A stretch of DNA of 17,862 nucleotides from an uncultured bacterium (GCA_964548195.1 CAZJQC010000015.1:7157-25018); one strand, 5' to 3'. Positions 1-9,231 are shown, counted from the first letter of the stretch. A program made the numbers and translations. Notes: a model not told the origin generated them from the letters alone.

Positions 1-228
1 AAGGGCGATGTCTCTGCCAAATGCAAGAAGATCGACAAGATCATCGAACGCGTGAACGCTCTTGAGTTTGAGATCAAATGCATAAAGGAAGAGCACGGCA
101 TCAAGGAAGAAGAGCTTAATGAAGTGGCAAAAAAGGCGACTGCCGAACAGCAGAGCAAAGAGGACGCCGAGAAAAAATCGGAGAAGAAGAAGACCGAAAC
201 GGTAAAGAAAAAAGAACAGAAAAAATAG
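1..228 (+). CDS. 3' end of a hypothetical protein (coiled-coil-like segment plus K/E-rich tail), 5'-partial
   Basis: Frame 1 is open from base 1 to TAG at 226-228: KGDVSAKCKKIDKIIERVNALEFEIKCIKEEHGIKEEELNEVAKKATAEQQSKEDAEKKSEKKKTETVKKKEQKK*. The stop abuts the RBS of the next gene. Not in the ORF track. Confidence 0.8.
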   Translation, partial: KGDVSAKCKKIDKIIERVNALEFEIKCIKEEHGIKEEELNEVAKKATAEQQSKEDAEKKSEKKKTETVKKKEQKK

Positions 229-242
229 AGGGGACGACTGTT

Positions 243-794
243 TTGATCAATAGAGAAGATGCGCTTATATTGCTCGGCAAGTATTTGAAAAATAAAAATC
301 TTGTCAAACACTGCCTTGCCGTGGAGGCGGGCATGAGGGAACTTGCCGCCTTTTTCAAGGCCGACCCGGAACGATGGGGCATGGCCGGATTGCTGCATGA
401 TATCGATTATGACCTCACGGCCGACAGCCCGGAACGGCACGGAGAAGAGGCCATGGACATACTGTCGCGTGAAGATTCCGGGCTGGATGAGGATATGATG
501 TACGCGATCAGGGCTCATTCAGGGCATCACCCGCTGAAAAGCGATATGGACCGGGCTTTGTATGCGGCCGACCCGCTGACGGGGCTTATAGTGGCTTCGG
601 CTTTGATGCACCCCGAGAAAAAGATAGGACTGCTGGACACCGAGTTTGTAATGAGGCGTTACGGGGAGAAAAGTTTTGCCAAAGGCGCAAAACGCGAGAT
701 CATAGCGACCTGTGAATCTTTTATGCCCTTGGAAGATTTTGTATCAACAGTCCTCTCGGGCATGAAGGGAATAGATAAAGAACTGGGATTATGA
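243..794 (+). CDS. HD/HDIG-domain metal-dependent phosphohydrolase
   Basis: HD-superfamily motifs KHCLAVE, GLLHDIDY, RHG, AIRAH and LYAAD. TTG start with GAGGGG RBS at 228-233. Confidence 0.9.
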   Translation: MINREDALILLGKYLKNKNLVKHCLAVEAGMRELAAFFKADPERWGMAGLLHDIDYDLTADSPERHGEEAMDILSREDSGLDEDMMYAIRAHSGHHPLKSDMDRALYAADPLTGLIVASALMHPEKKIGLLDTEFVMRRYGEKSFAKGAKREIIATCESFMPLEDFVSTVLSGMKGIDKELGL

Positions 795-1699
795 TGCGGA
801 CTTATTTTTATAAGGTCGCCTTCCTGAAAGACAAAGGCTCCATGGATGAATTCTGGGCACGTCTGCCCGAGGACCTTATCACTTCGGCGGTAGTGGAGGA
901 TTATTCCGAACTCAAAGAGAGCCTGTCAGAGGCGCCCGAGGCCATGCCGGATGACTACGCATGCGGCGAAGGCGTCGTGAAGTGTTCCTTTTTTACCGAA
1001 GATTACGAAAGCGCATGCAGGCTTGCCGGGCGTATATCCGGAGCCGGCATTTCAGGAGAGCACACGATCGAAAAAGTGGAGACCGGTCAGTTTCCGCGAT
1101 TTATTGACATCGGCGAAAAGTATTGTGTGGTCTTTTTTGAAAACCTGAGCGATTACAACGGCGACAGGCGCCCCGTGGCGATATCGTCGACTCAGATATT
1201 CGGCACGGGAGACCATCCCACCACCCGACTTATGGTGGAAGCCATTGAGGATGAGGATGTCGCCGGGATGAAGGTGATAGACGCGGGCGCCGGAAGCTGC
1301 GTGCTTACCGCGGTCGCTCTTTTTGAGGGAGCGCTTTGCGCGGATGCGTTCGACGTGGAGACGGGGTTCAAGGCTATCGCATCACAGATGATGGATGTAA
1401 ACGGCATAGATTTTTACGCCGTAGAGGGTGACCAGCACGTCTATTCGAGGCTTCGCGGGCCGCAGATTGCCGCAGCCGACCTGCTGATGATAAACATGCT
1501 GCCCCGCTATGCCATGCCCGTGGCCTCCGGACTTCTGCCGTTGCTGAAGGACGGCGCCGTGGTGATGATATCCGGCATCCCGGCGGATCATTTGCGCGAA
1601 TCAGAGATCTTTTATGCCGGGGCGGGGCTTGAGGTCACAAAAACCCGCCGTCTGGATGACTGGTATATGCTCAGGACTGTAAAAAACATATTGAAATAA
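791..1699 (+). CDS. prmA: Ribosomal protein L11 methyltransferase-like SAM-dependent methyltransferase (divergent)
   Basis: PrmA signature FGTGDHPTT, SAM motif I VIDAGAGSCVL, NML (cf. NIL) and ISGI. ATGA overlap with the upstream stop. Confidence 0.75.
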   Translation: MMRTYFYKVAFLKDKGSMDEFWARLPEDLITSAVVEDYSELKESLSEAPEAMPDDYACGEGVVKCSFFTEDYESACRLAGRISGAGISGEHTIEKVETGQFPRFIDIGEKYCVVFFENLSDYNGDRRPVAISSTQIFGTGDHPTTRLMVEAIEDEDVAGMKVIDAGAGSCVLTAVALFEGALCADAFDVETGFKAIASQMMDVNGIDFYAVEGDQHVYSRLRGPQIAAADLLMINMLPRYAMPVASGLLPLLKDGAVVMISGIPADHLRESEIFYAGAGLEVTKTRRLDDWYMLRTVKNILK

Positions 1700-1725
1700 A
1701 AACCGTAATATTATCGGAGGTGCTT

Positions 1726-4146
1726 ATGGATATCGAGAACATATATGACAACGGGGATGATCCCATCTCCGAACTGGATGAGATGAAGATGATCGCGGCA
1801 GACGACCTTCTGCCGAACAAACTGTTCATACTTCCACTGAAGATGCGTCCCATATTTCCCGGGCTCGTGGCCCCCATACTTGTCATGGAAGACCGCCTCA
1901 AAGACATGGTGGACGACATCCTGGAGGGCGACCACATAATAGGTTTTGTCTATCTCAAGAACGACATCGATGATTATGATGATGTGACCGAAGATGACCT
2001 GAACAAAGTGGGCACCGCGGCGAAGATCTTCAAAAAAGTGGAATTGCCGGAAGGACATTACAACATACTGGTAAACACACAGAAGCGGTTCACCGTAAAA
2101 AAGATCATCTCCATGGAGCCCTATATCACCGTCGCCGTCGAGTATCATGACGAGGCCGACGAAGATCCCGAGGATATTGAGATCAGGGCCCTGACGCAGG
2201 CGATGCTTGCGGATATAAAGTTCGTCATAGAGAACAATCCCCTGCTCACACAGGAGATGAAACTTAATCTGGTCAACATCAATGAGAGCGCCGGCAAGAT
2301 GGCGGACATCATAGTGAGCGTTTTGAACATACAGCCGTCCGAACAACAGCGCATACTTGAGACCTTCGACCTGAAAAAACGGATGGAGAACCTCCTCATC
2401 ATACTCAATAAGGAAAAAGAGATGCTGAAGATGCAGAATAAAATACGCAAGGAGATCGAAGAAAAGGTCTCAAGCCGACAGCGTGAATATTTTCTGCGCG
2501 AACAGCTGAAGATGATAAAGGACGAACTGGGGCTGGAAAAGGACGAGAAGACCCAGGATGCTGAAAACTTCAGAAAAAAGTTTGAAAAGCTCGCTTCGGG
2601 AATGACGGAAGAGGTCAGGGAAAAGATAGAGAAGGAGATGGAAAAGCTATCCCTTCTGGAGCCGATATCGGCCGAATACGGGGTGTCCAGGAACTACCTC
2701 GACACCATACTCTCCCTGCCCTGGACGGAACGGACAAAGGACAATATAGATATAAAGAAAGCCGCCAGGATACTTGATACGGATCATTACGGGCTGAAGG
2801 ACGTCAAGGAGCGCATACTTGAGTTTCTGGCCGTAAAAAAGCTCAAACCCGGGTCCGGCGGATCCATCATACTGTTTGTGGGGCCTCCCGGAGTGGGCAA
2901 GACTTCCGTGGGCAAATCACTGGCGCGGTCCATGAAACGCAAGTTTTTCCGGTTCTCTTTGGGCGGAATGCGCGATGAATCGGAGATAAAAGGGCACCGC
3001 AGGACGTATGTGGGGGCTATGCCCGGCAAGATCATGCAGTCCATGGCGGTGGTCAAATCAAAAAACCCTGTCATCATGCTGGATGAGATAGATAAGATGG
3101 GCGTGAGCTACCAGGGCGACCCGTCCGCGGCGTTGCTGGAAGTACTTGACCCCGAACAGAATTACAGTTTCAGAGACCATTATCTCGATATACCTTTTGA
3201 CCTTTCCGAAGTGCTTTTTATCTGCACGGCGAACACGTTGGACACGATACCGCGCGCGCTGCTTGACAGGATGGAGGTCATACATCTCTCCGGATATATC
3301 GACGAAGAGAAGACGGAGATCGGAAAAAGGTTCCTTATACCAAAGTCCATGGAAAAACACGGTATTCCCAAGGGCAGCGTAAAATTCCCCAAGTCATCCA
3401 TCATGGACATATGCAGGAAATACGCACGTCAGGCGGGTGTGAGGGACCTTGAAAAGCTTATTGACAAGATCATGAGAAAGATCGCCCTTAAAAATGCCGA
3501 AAAGGGGTGGGAGGCCGTTACAAATGTGACCGGCAAATGCGTTGAAAAGTTCCTGGGGCAGCCTTATTTCACCAAGGAGGACTGGCAGAAGGTCTCAAAG
3601 CCCGGCATGGCCAGAGGACTTGCATGGACAGCATACGGAGGCACGACGCTTGTGATAGAATCGGTCTTTCTTGCCGGCAAAGGCGGCATAAAGCTTACCG
3701 GGCAACTCGGAGAAGTGATGACGGAATCCGCTGACATAGCGTTCAGCTATCTGAAGTCAAACGGACGGCTGCTGGGCATCGATATGGATATTTTTGAAAA
3801 AAAATCCGTGCATCTCCACATACCCGAAGGGGCGACCCCCAAAGACGGCCCCTCGGCGGGCATTACACTGGCTTCATCGCTATATTCGCTTTGCAGAGAT
3901 GTGAGGCTTCCAAACGATCTGGCGATGACAGGGGAACTTTCTCTCACAGGCAATGTGCTTCCCGTCGGCGGGATAAGGGAAAAGGTCGTCGCCGCGAAAC
4001 GGGCCGGGGTCAAAAGGCTGATACTTCCCGAAGCGAACAGAAACGACTATGAGAAAATACCTGAAAAGATCACCGTCGGCATGGAGACCAGGTTCGTAAA
4101 ACGCATGGACGAAGTGATTAAAATTATAACCGAACACGATTCATGA
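1726..4146 (+). CDS. lon: ATP-dependent Lon protease (LonA), 806 aa
   Basis: N-terminal LON domain (RPIFPG), Walker A GPPGVGKTS, Walker B IMLDEIDK, catalytic Ser in PKDGPSAG and Lys in VGGIREK. GGAGG at 1716-1720 favours ATG 1726 over GTG 1720. Confidence 0.97.
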   Translation: MDIENIYDNGDDPISELDEMKMIAADDLLPNKLFILPLKMRPIFPGLVAPILVMEDRLKDMVDDILEGDHIIGFVYLKNDIDDYDDVTEDDLNKVGTAAKIFKKVELPEGHYNILVNTQKRFTVKKIISMEPYITVAVEYHDEADEDPEDIEIRALTQAMLADIKFVIENNPLLTQEMKLNLVNINESAGKMADIIVSVLNIQPSEQQRILETFDLKKRMENLLIILNKEKEMLKMQNKIRKEIEEKVSSRQREYFLREQLKMIKDELGLEKDEKTQDAENFRKKFEKLASGMTEEVREKIEKEMEKLSLLEPISAEYGVSRNYLDTILSLPWTERTKDNIDIKKAARILDTDHYGLKDVKERILEFLAVKKLKPGSGGSIILFVGPPGVGKTSVGKSLARSMKRKFFRFSLGGMRDESEIKGHRRTYVGAMPGKIMQSMAVVKSKNPVIMLDEIDKMGVSYQGDPSAALLEVLDPEQNYSFRDHYLDIPFDLSEVLFICTANTLDTIPRALLDRMEVIHLSGYIDEEKTEIGKRFLIPKSMEKHGIPKGSVKFPKSSIMDICRKYARQAGVRDLEKLIDKIMRKIALKNAEKGWEAVTNVTGKCVEKFLGQPYFTKEDWQKVSKPGMARGLAWTAYGGTTLVIESVFLAGKGGIKLTGQLGEVMTESADIAFSYLKSNGRLLGIDMDIFEKKSVHLHIPEGATPKDGPSAGITLASSLYSLCRDVRLPNDLAMTGELSLTGNVLPVGGIREKVVAAKRAGVKRLILPEANRNDYEKIPEKITVGMETRFVKRMDEVIKIITEHDS

Positions 4147-4153
4147 AAATCGC

Positions 4154-4182
4154 TTGACATGAAATACTAAATGTGGCACTAT
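4154..4182 (+). promoter_or_regulatory. sigma70-type promoter of the etfB operon
   Basis: TTGACA (4154-4159), 17 bp spacer, CACTAT (4177-4182) with an extended -10 TG at 4174-4175. Confidence 0.65.
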
Positions 4183-4185
4183 CCT

Positions 4186-4212
4186 TGGGAATCGGTTTTA
4201 TACCGGTTCCCA
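4186..4212. promoter_or_regulatory. Inverted repeat at the predicted transcription start (operator or RNA hairpin)
   Basis: TGGGAATCGGT-N5-ACCGGTTCCCA: 11-bp arms with one mismatch (G-U in RNA) and no U-tract. Confidence 0.55.
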
Positions 4213-4244
4213 TCTATGACATGATTTAAACGGGAGGTAAAGAA

Positions 4245-5141
4245 TTGGGATATAAGATTGTCGTTCTTGTCAAACAGGTGCCTGACACGCACAATATATC
4301 CGGTGATGTGATGAAGGAGGACGGTACGATAAACAGATCGGCCCTTCCCGCCATATTCAATCCGGAAGATCTCAACGCCCTTGAAATGGCGTTGGATATG
4401 AAAGACCGTTTCGGCGGCCGTGTTACCGTCATCACCATGGGGCCGCCTTCCGCGGCTGAGGTGCTGAGGCAGTCGGTGTATCGCGGCGCGGACGAGGTCT
4501 TTCTCGTAAGCGATATCAAGTTTGCAGGTTCAGATACATGGGCTACCGCGTATACGCTGGCCGCAGTGATAAAAAAGACGGTGCCGGATGCCGATGTGGT
4601 CTTTGCCGGAAGGCAGGCCATTGACGGCGACACGGCGCAGGTCGGCCCGCAGGTGGCTGAAAAACTCGGTTTTAATCAGGTGACGTATGTGGAGTCTCTC
4701 ATGGATGCCGGCGACGGCACGGTCACGGTCTCAAAGCAGATCGAGGGAGGCATTGAGACGGTGAAAGCCGTAACGCCGCTTCTTATGACTGTAGTGGAAT
4801 CAGCCAATGTGCCCAGACCGCCGGAGGTCAGGCGGATGATGGGGTATCGCCGCTCGATGAGCCGTCTGGAGTTCAAGAGCGCCATGAAGCATATGCTGCG
4901 TTTCGAGGATGAGGCACAGCTTGAAGCCTGGCTTGCGGAGAACAGCCTGCTGATACCCGTTGTCACGGCCTCCGATATAGATGTCGACCTGCGCAAACTG
5001 GGGCTTTTCGGGTCTCCGACAAAGGTCAAAAACATCGAGAACGTGGTGCTTAAAAAGGAAGAGACCGTGGAACTGGAAGCGAATGCCAGCGGGGCGCTGA
5101 AACTTGTCTCCGACTTGAAAAAAGCTAAGATACTGGGGTAG
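4245..5141 (+). CDS. etfB: Electron transfer flavoprotein beta subunit (EtfB/FixA family)
   Basis: Motifs VKQVPDT, NPEDLNALE, TMGPP, FAGSDTWAT, GRQAIDGDTAQVGP and GSPTKV. TTG start with GGGAGG RBS at 4232-4237. Confidence 0.95.
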   Translation: MGYKIVVLVKQVPDTHNISGDVMKEDGTINRSALPAIFNPEDLNALEMALDMKDRFGGRVTVITMGPPSAAEVLRQSVYRGADEVFLVSDIKFAGSDTWATAYTLAAVIKKTVPDADVVFAGRQAIDGDTAQVGPQVAEKLGFNQVTYVESLMDAGDGTVTVSKQIEGGIETVKAVTPLLMTVVESANVPRPPEVRRMMGYRRSMSRLEFKSAMKHMLRFEDEAQLEAWLAENSLLIPVVTASDIDVDLRKLGLFGSPTKVKNIENVVLKKEETVELEANASGALKLVSDLKKAKILG

Positions 5142-5149
5142 GTAGAGTT

Positions 5150-6142
5150 ATGATCAGAAAAGGCAGTGTGATGGTTTTTGTTGAGCAGGAGGACGGCGCC
5201 ATAAAGGATGTCAGCTTCGAGCTGTTGACCAAAGCGTCGGAACTTGCGCATACATTGAAGGAAAAAGTAAGCGCGTTTGTCATAGGACGTGATGTAAGCG
5301 GCATGGCCGACGACATCATCGCCCACGGGGCTGATGTCGTCTATGTGGTGGAAGGCGATGAGTTTGAACACTACAGGACGCTGCCATATTTTCACGCGGT
5401 GAAAAAGATAATACGCGAGGAAAATCCGCAGATCGCCTTGTTCGGCGCCACTATCATAGGAAGAGATCTCGCGCCTCACGCGGCGTCTTATTTTTATACA
5501 GGGCTTACGGCTGATTGTACCGAACTGCGCATCGGCGAGGACAATATGCTTTATCAGATAAGGCCCGCCTTCGGCGGCAACATAAGGGCCACCATAGTCA
5601 ATCCGGATTATGTGCCCCAGATGGCCACCGTAAGGGAAGGCGTCATGAAAAGGGGCGAACCCGATCAAAGCAGAAAAGGCGAAGTGAAAAAGATAGACGT
5701 CAAACTGGATGACAATATAGCCCATATCACCGAGATCATAAGCAGGGAACGAAAGCCGCGCACCATCAACCTGAAAGCGTCGGAAGTCATAGTCGCAGGG
5801 GGAATGGGCGTCGGCAGCGCGGAGGGTTTCGCGCTTGTAAAAGAGCTTGCCTCCGTATTGGGAGCGCAGGTCGGCGCGACAAGGGCCGCAGTCGACGCGG
5901 GCTGGGCCGAACATGAAAGGCAGATAGGACAGACGGGCACGACAGTGCGGCCCAAACTGTATATTGCCGTGGGCATATCCGGCGCCATTCAGCACAGGGC
6001 CGGCATGGAGGAATCGTTTAAGATCGTGGCCGTGAACACAGATCCCGAGGCTCCGATATTTGATATTGCCGATTATAAGATCGTGGGCGATTATAAGACC
6101 GTTTTGCCCGAAATAATCGAAGCATATAGAAAACTGCAATAG
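5150..6142 (+). CDS. etfA: Electron transfer flavoprotein alpha subunit (EtfA/FixB family)
   Basis: Motifs TGLTADCT, RPAFGGN, QMATVR, VGATRAAVDAGW, QIGQTGTTVRPKLYIAVGISGAIQH and AVNTDPEAPIF. Confidence 0.96.
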   Translation: MIRKGSVMVFVEQEDGAIKDVSFELLTKASELAHTLKEKVSAFVIGRDVSGMADDIIAHGADVVYVVEGDEFEHYRTLPYFHAVKKIIREENPQIALFGATIIGRDLAPHAASYFYTGLTADCTELRIGEDNMLYQIRPAFGGNIRATIVNPDYVPQMATVREGVMKRGEPDQSRKGEVKKIDVKLDDNIAHITEIISRERKPRTINLKASEVIVAGGMGVGSAEGFALVKELASVLGAQVGATRAAVDAGWAEHERQIGQTGTTVRPKLYIAVGISGAIQHRAGMEESFKIVAVNTDPEAPIFDIADYKIVGDYKTVLPEIIEAYRKLQ

Positions 6143-6155
6143 AAAGAGGTCTTTA

Positions 6156-7865
6156 ATGGAAAACTTTTACCTGGATAATAAAGATATTATGTTCCATCTG
6201 AAACGGCTGCCGCTGAAAAAGATAGTCGGGATGAAGGAAAACGGATATTCCGAAGCGGGCAAGTACGCCTACGCGCCGGCCGATTTCGCCGAAGCGCTTG
6301 AAAATTATGAGAAGACCCTTGAAGTGCTCGGAGAAATATGCGGCGAGCATATAGCACCCGCGGCTCCGGAAATAGACAAACAGGGCGCCTCGCTTGTGGA
6401 CGGCGAAGTCATATACGCCGACGGTACGGCAAAGGCATTGAAGATGCTTAATAAAGCGGGACTTACCGGCATCACCGTGCCGCGCAAATATGAAGGGCTG
6501 AACTTCCCGACCACCATATACTCGATGATCATAGAGATCGTCTCCCGGGCGGAAGCCGGGCTCATGAACATCTTCTCTCTGCAGGATATAGGAGAGACCA
6601 TATGCGATTTCGCCGATGATGAGATAAAAGAGAAGTATGTCCCCATGTTCGCACGGGGAGAGGTCACCGGCGCCATGATACTCACCGAGGCTGAGGCCGG
6701 TTCGGACCTGCAGCGCGTGAAGACAAAAGCGTTGTTTTCAGAGGAAGACGGCACATGGAGGCTGTACGGCACCAAAAGGTTTATCACAAACGGGAACGCC
6801 CAGGTGTCCCTTGTGCTGGCGCGCAGCGAAGAGGGGACCAATGACGCCAGAGGGCTGTCGATGTTCCTGATCGAGAGGGATGAGACTGTCACTATCAGAA
6901 GGATAGAGGACAAACTCGGCATACACGGCTCACCCACATGCGAGATGCAGTTCAACGGCACAAAGGCCCTGCTCGTGGGCAAAAGACGCATGGGGCTTAT
7001 AAAATATGTAATGGAACTCATGAACGGAGCCCGTCTGGGCATATGCGGCCAGTCTATCGGCATAGCCGAGGCCGCGTACAGGGAAGCGTATAAATACGCG
7101 AATGAACGGCGCCAGTTCAACAAATGCATCATAGAGATACCGGCGGTATACGAGATGCTCGTGAACATGAAGGTCTCAATAGAGGCCGCGCGAAAGCTCA
7201 CCTACGTGACTGCGATGGCAGTGGATTATAAAAATCTCTACGGGGAGCGTTTCGAACACGGCAAAGACCCGGAAGACCGGGCGAAGATGAAATACTACAA
7301 CGCATTGGCCGGCGTGTTGACGCCGATGGCCAAGTATTACGCGACAGAGATGTCGAACAAAGTGACATACGACGCCCTGCAGGTGCACGGCGGAGACGGA
7401 TATATGAAAGACTACAACGTCGAACGCCATTACAGGGATGCGCGTATCACCAACATATATGAGGGCACCACGCAGCTGCAGGTCGTCGCCGCCATAGGCG
7501 GGGTCGTGACCGGGACGCTTGGCGCGGAGATGGACCGCATAAGGGATTCGATCACGGAGACAGTATGGAACAGCGAGAAAAAACAGATCGCTTCCATGAG
7601 GGAAAAACTGGACAATGCCGTTTCCATGTATAAAGAGATGGACGATGAAGCGAAGTCTTATCATGCCGGAAGGGTGGTCGATATCGCCGCCATGACATAC
7701 ATGTCGTATCTCATGCTTGAAGATTCCCCCGCCGGAGGCAGAAAATCCGACGTGACCCAGGTGTTTATCACAGCAGCCCTCGCAAGGGTGGATGCCGCTT
7801 ATTCAATACTCACATCCGGCGACAAGACCGTCATGGAAAAAAATGACGTGATCTGCTCACAGTAA
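6156..7865 (+). CDS. Acyl-CoA dehydrogenase, long (569 aa) ETF-linked type
   Basis: Motifs LTEAEAGSD, GTKRFITNG, KLGIHGSPTCE, MNGARLG, RRQF, LQVHGGDGY and RDARITNIYEGT (catalytic Glu position). Carries N- and C-terminal extensions beyond the roughly 380-aa core. Confidence 0.95.
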   Translation: MENFYLDNKDIMFHLKRLPLKKIVGMKENGYSEAGKYAYAPADFAEALENYEKTLEVLGEICGEHIAPAAPEIDKQGASLVDGEVIYADGTAKALKMLNKAGLTGITVPRKYEGLNFPTTIYSMIIEIVSRAEAGLMNIFSLQDIGETICDFADDEIKEKYVPMFARGEVTGAMILTEAEAGSDLQRVKTKALFSEEDGTWRLYGTKRFITNGNAQVSLVLARSEEGTNDARGLSMFLIERDETVTIRRIEDKLGIHGSPTCEMQFNGTKALLVGKRRMGLIKYVMELMNGARLGICGQSIGIAEAAYREAYKYANERRQFNKCIIEIPAVYEMLVNMKVSIEAARKLTYVTAMAVDYKNLYGERFEHGKDPEDRAKMKYYNALAGVLTPMAKYYATEMSNKVTYDALQVHGGDGYMKDYNVERHYRDARITNIYEGTTQLQVVAAIGGVVTGTLGAEMDRIRDSITETVWNSEKKQIASMREKLDNAVSMYKEMDDEAKSYHAGRVVDIAAMTYMSYLMLEDSPAGGRKSDVTQVFITAALARVDAAYSILTSGDKTVMEKNDVICSQ

Positions 7866-7873
7866 CATCTATC

Positions 7874-7899
7874 GGGGGGAGTCTTACTCCCCCTTTTTT
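7874..7899 (+). terminator. Rho-independent terminator of the etf/ACAD operon
   Basis: GGGGGAGT-CTT-ACTCCCCC stem-loop followed by T6, about 9 bp after the stop codon. Confidence 0.9.
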
Positions 7900-7900
7900 C

Positions 7901-7929
7901 TTCCGTCAAAAACGTTAATGTGATATTAT
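7901..7929 (+). promoter_or_regulatory. Extended -10 promoter of the hydrolase gene (probably leaderless)
   Basis: TG-A-TATTAT at 7921-7929, weak -35 TTCCGT 17 bp upstream, ATG at 7935 and no SD. Confidence 0.45.
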
Positions 7930-7934
7930 CAGAC

Positions 7935-9200
7935 ATGAGACGTCTTTTTAAAATACTTTTGATATTAATACTGCTGTTTGCCTCGGTATACATGGCCAGA
8001 GCGTTGATCTCATTTGGCATGGAGAAAAACGGCCATATGCTAAGGCCTCCCGCCGATACGCGCCTTCGCGCGGCTGCCGGGACCATTGAGTCGATGGTGG
8101 AAAAAGACAGGGAATACGTGGCCCAACGGCTGAACAAGGATATAGAAGGCCCTCTTTCCGGGATCGCGGAAAACAACGCTTCATTTGTGATATACCCCGA
8201 AGGCAGGCGGCGCGGCATCGTATTGCTGGCGCACGGCCTGAGCGACGCCCCATACAGCATGAGGGAGCTGGCTCTGCGCTTTGCCCGCTCCGGGTTCAAA
8301 GCGGTATGCATGAGGCTGCCCGGCCACGGCACCGACCCCGCTTATCTCATGGACGTGAGATGGGAAGACTGGTATGAGAGTTTCAGGACGTATGCGTATG
8401 CGGCGGAGAAAGAAAAAGCGGCCGGAGAAAAATTCATATTATGCGGTTTTTCAACAGGGGCCGCATTGTGCGCAAGGTACATGCTTGAGGAAAACGGCGA
8501 TTGCGCCGCGGACCTCGCTATTCTTTTTTCCCCGGCTTTCAAAGTATCGCCCTTTGCAGTGATCACGGACCTGCACAGGCCGCTGAGCCTGTTCGGGCCG
8601 TTTGAGAGATTTGCCTGGCTGGACATAGGCAGAGAGACAGACCCGTATAAATATGTATCCTTCCCCAAAAACGCGGCTTATCAGATATACAGGCTGACGC
8701 GGTCAAACGACGCGTTAAAAGACAGGTACAAAAGCGAACGCATGGAATATGCCGGCCCGCCGGTGATGCTGTTTCAGTCTGCTTTTGACGCGACGGTGGA
8801 TGCCTTCTACTCGCTGCGTTTTTTCGAATGGGTCACGCCGGATGTGGAGATGTATCTGTACGGATATAACAGCAAAAACGCCGGACTGTTTAAAAAAGAC
8901 CCCCAAAAACTCATGGATGCCATTCTAAACGATAAAAAAAGGACAAACGCTTTGCTTCGGCCCTATCCCCAAAACGCCGTCTGGCCGGATAACGCCGCTT
9001 CATTGTCGCATCTTGCGCTTCTCTTTCCGCCGGGCGACCCCGTTTACGGAACCGCTTCTTATAAGGGCGGGATGCTCGGCGAAAAAGGTTTTCTGAAAGG
9101 CGGGGCCGAGTTTGCAAGGATCAGGTATAATCCCTTCTTTGAGTATATGTGGGCCAAAATAGAAAAAAAAGCCGCATCCCTTTATGTCTGTTCCGAATAA
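7935..9200 (+). CDS. Exported or membrane-anchored alpha/beta-fold hydrolase (esterase/lipase-like)
   Basis: Signal/TM segment MRRLFKILLILILLFASVY, oxyanion region LAHGL, LPGHG, nucleophile elbow GFSTG, candidate Asp in FDATV and His in LSHL. ATG 7935 preferred over GTG 7920. Confidence 0.88.
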   Translation: MRRLFKILLILILLFASVYMARALISFGMEKNGHMLRPPADTRLRAAAGTIESMVEKDREYVAQRLNKDIEGPLSGIAENNASFVIYPEGRRRGIVLLAHGLSDAPYSMRELALRFARSGFKAVCMRLPGHGTDPAYLMDVRWEDWYESFRTYAYAAEKEKAAGEKFILCGFSTGAALCARYMLEENGDCAADLAILFSPAFKVSPFAVITDLHRPLSLFGPFERFAWLDIGRETDPYKYVSFPKNAAYQIYRLTRSNDALKDRYKSERMEYAGPPVMLFQSAFDATVDAFYSLRFFEWVTPDVEMYLYGYNSKNAGLFKKDPQKLMDAILNDKKRTNALLRPYPQNAVWPDNAASLSHLALLFPPGDPVYGTASYKGGMLGEKGFLKGGAEFARIRYNPFFEYMWAKIEKKAASLYVCSE

Positions 9201-9203
9201 AGC

Positions 9204-9231
9204 TTGACTTGTCACATATTAAAATTAAAAT
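9204..9231 (+). promoter_or_regulatory. sigma70-type promoter of asnS
   Basis: TTGACT (9204-9209), 16 bp spacer, TAAAAT (9226-9231). RBS GGAGG at 9247-9251. Confidence 0.55.

Noticed and set aside
3427..3444. Lon sensor-2 region reads RQAGVR rather than the usual REAGVR
   Set aside because: It is a single substitution, and the sensor Arg, Walker motifs and Ser-Lys dyad are intact.
4676..6139. 487-aa antisense ORF over etfB/etfA
   Set aside because: It is a shadow frame of well-conserved genes, with no recognisable motifs.
6305..7201. 298-aa antisense ORF inside the acyl-CoA dehydrogenase, and the many other short overlapping track ORFs
   Set aside because: They overlap confidently identified genes, and their atypical composition is expected from codon bias on the opposite strand or frame.
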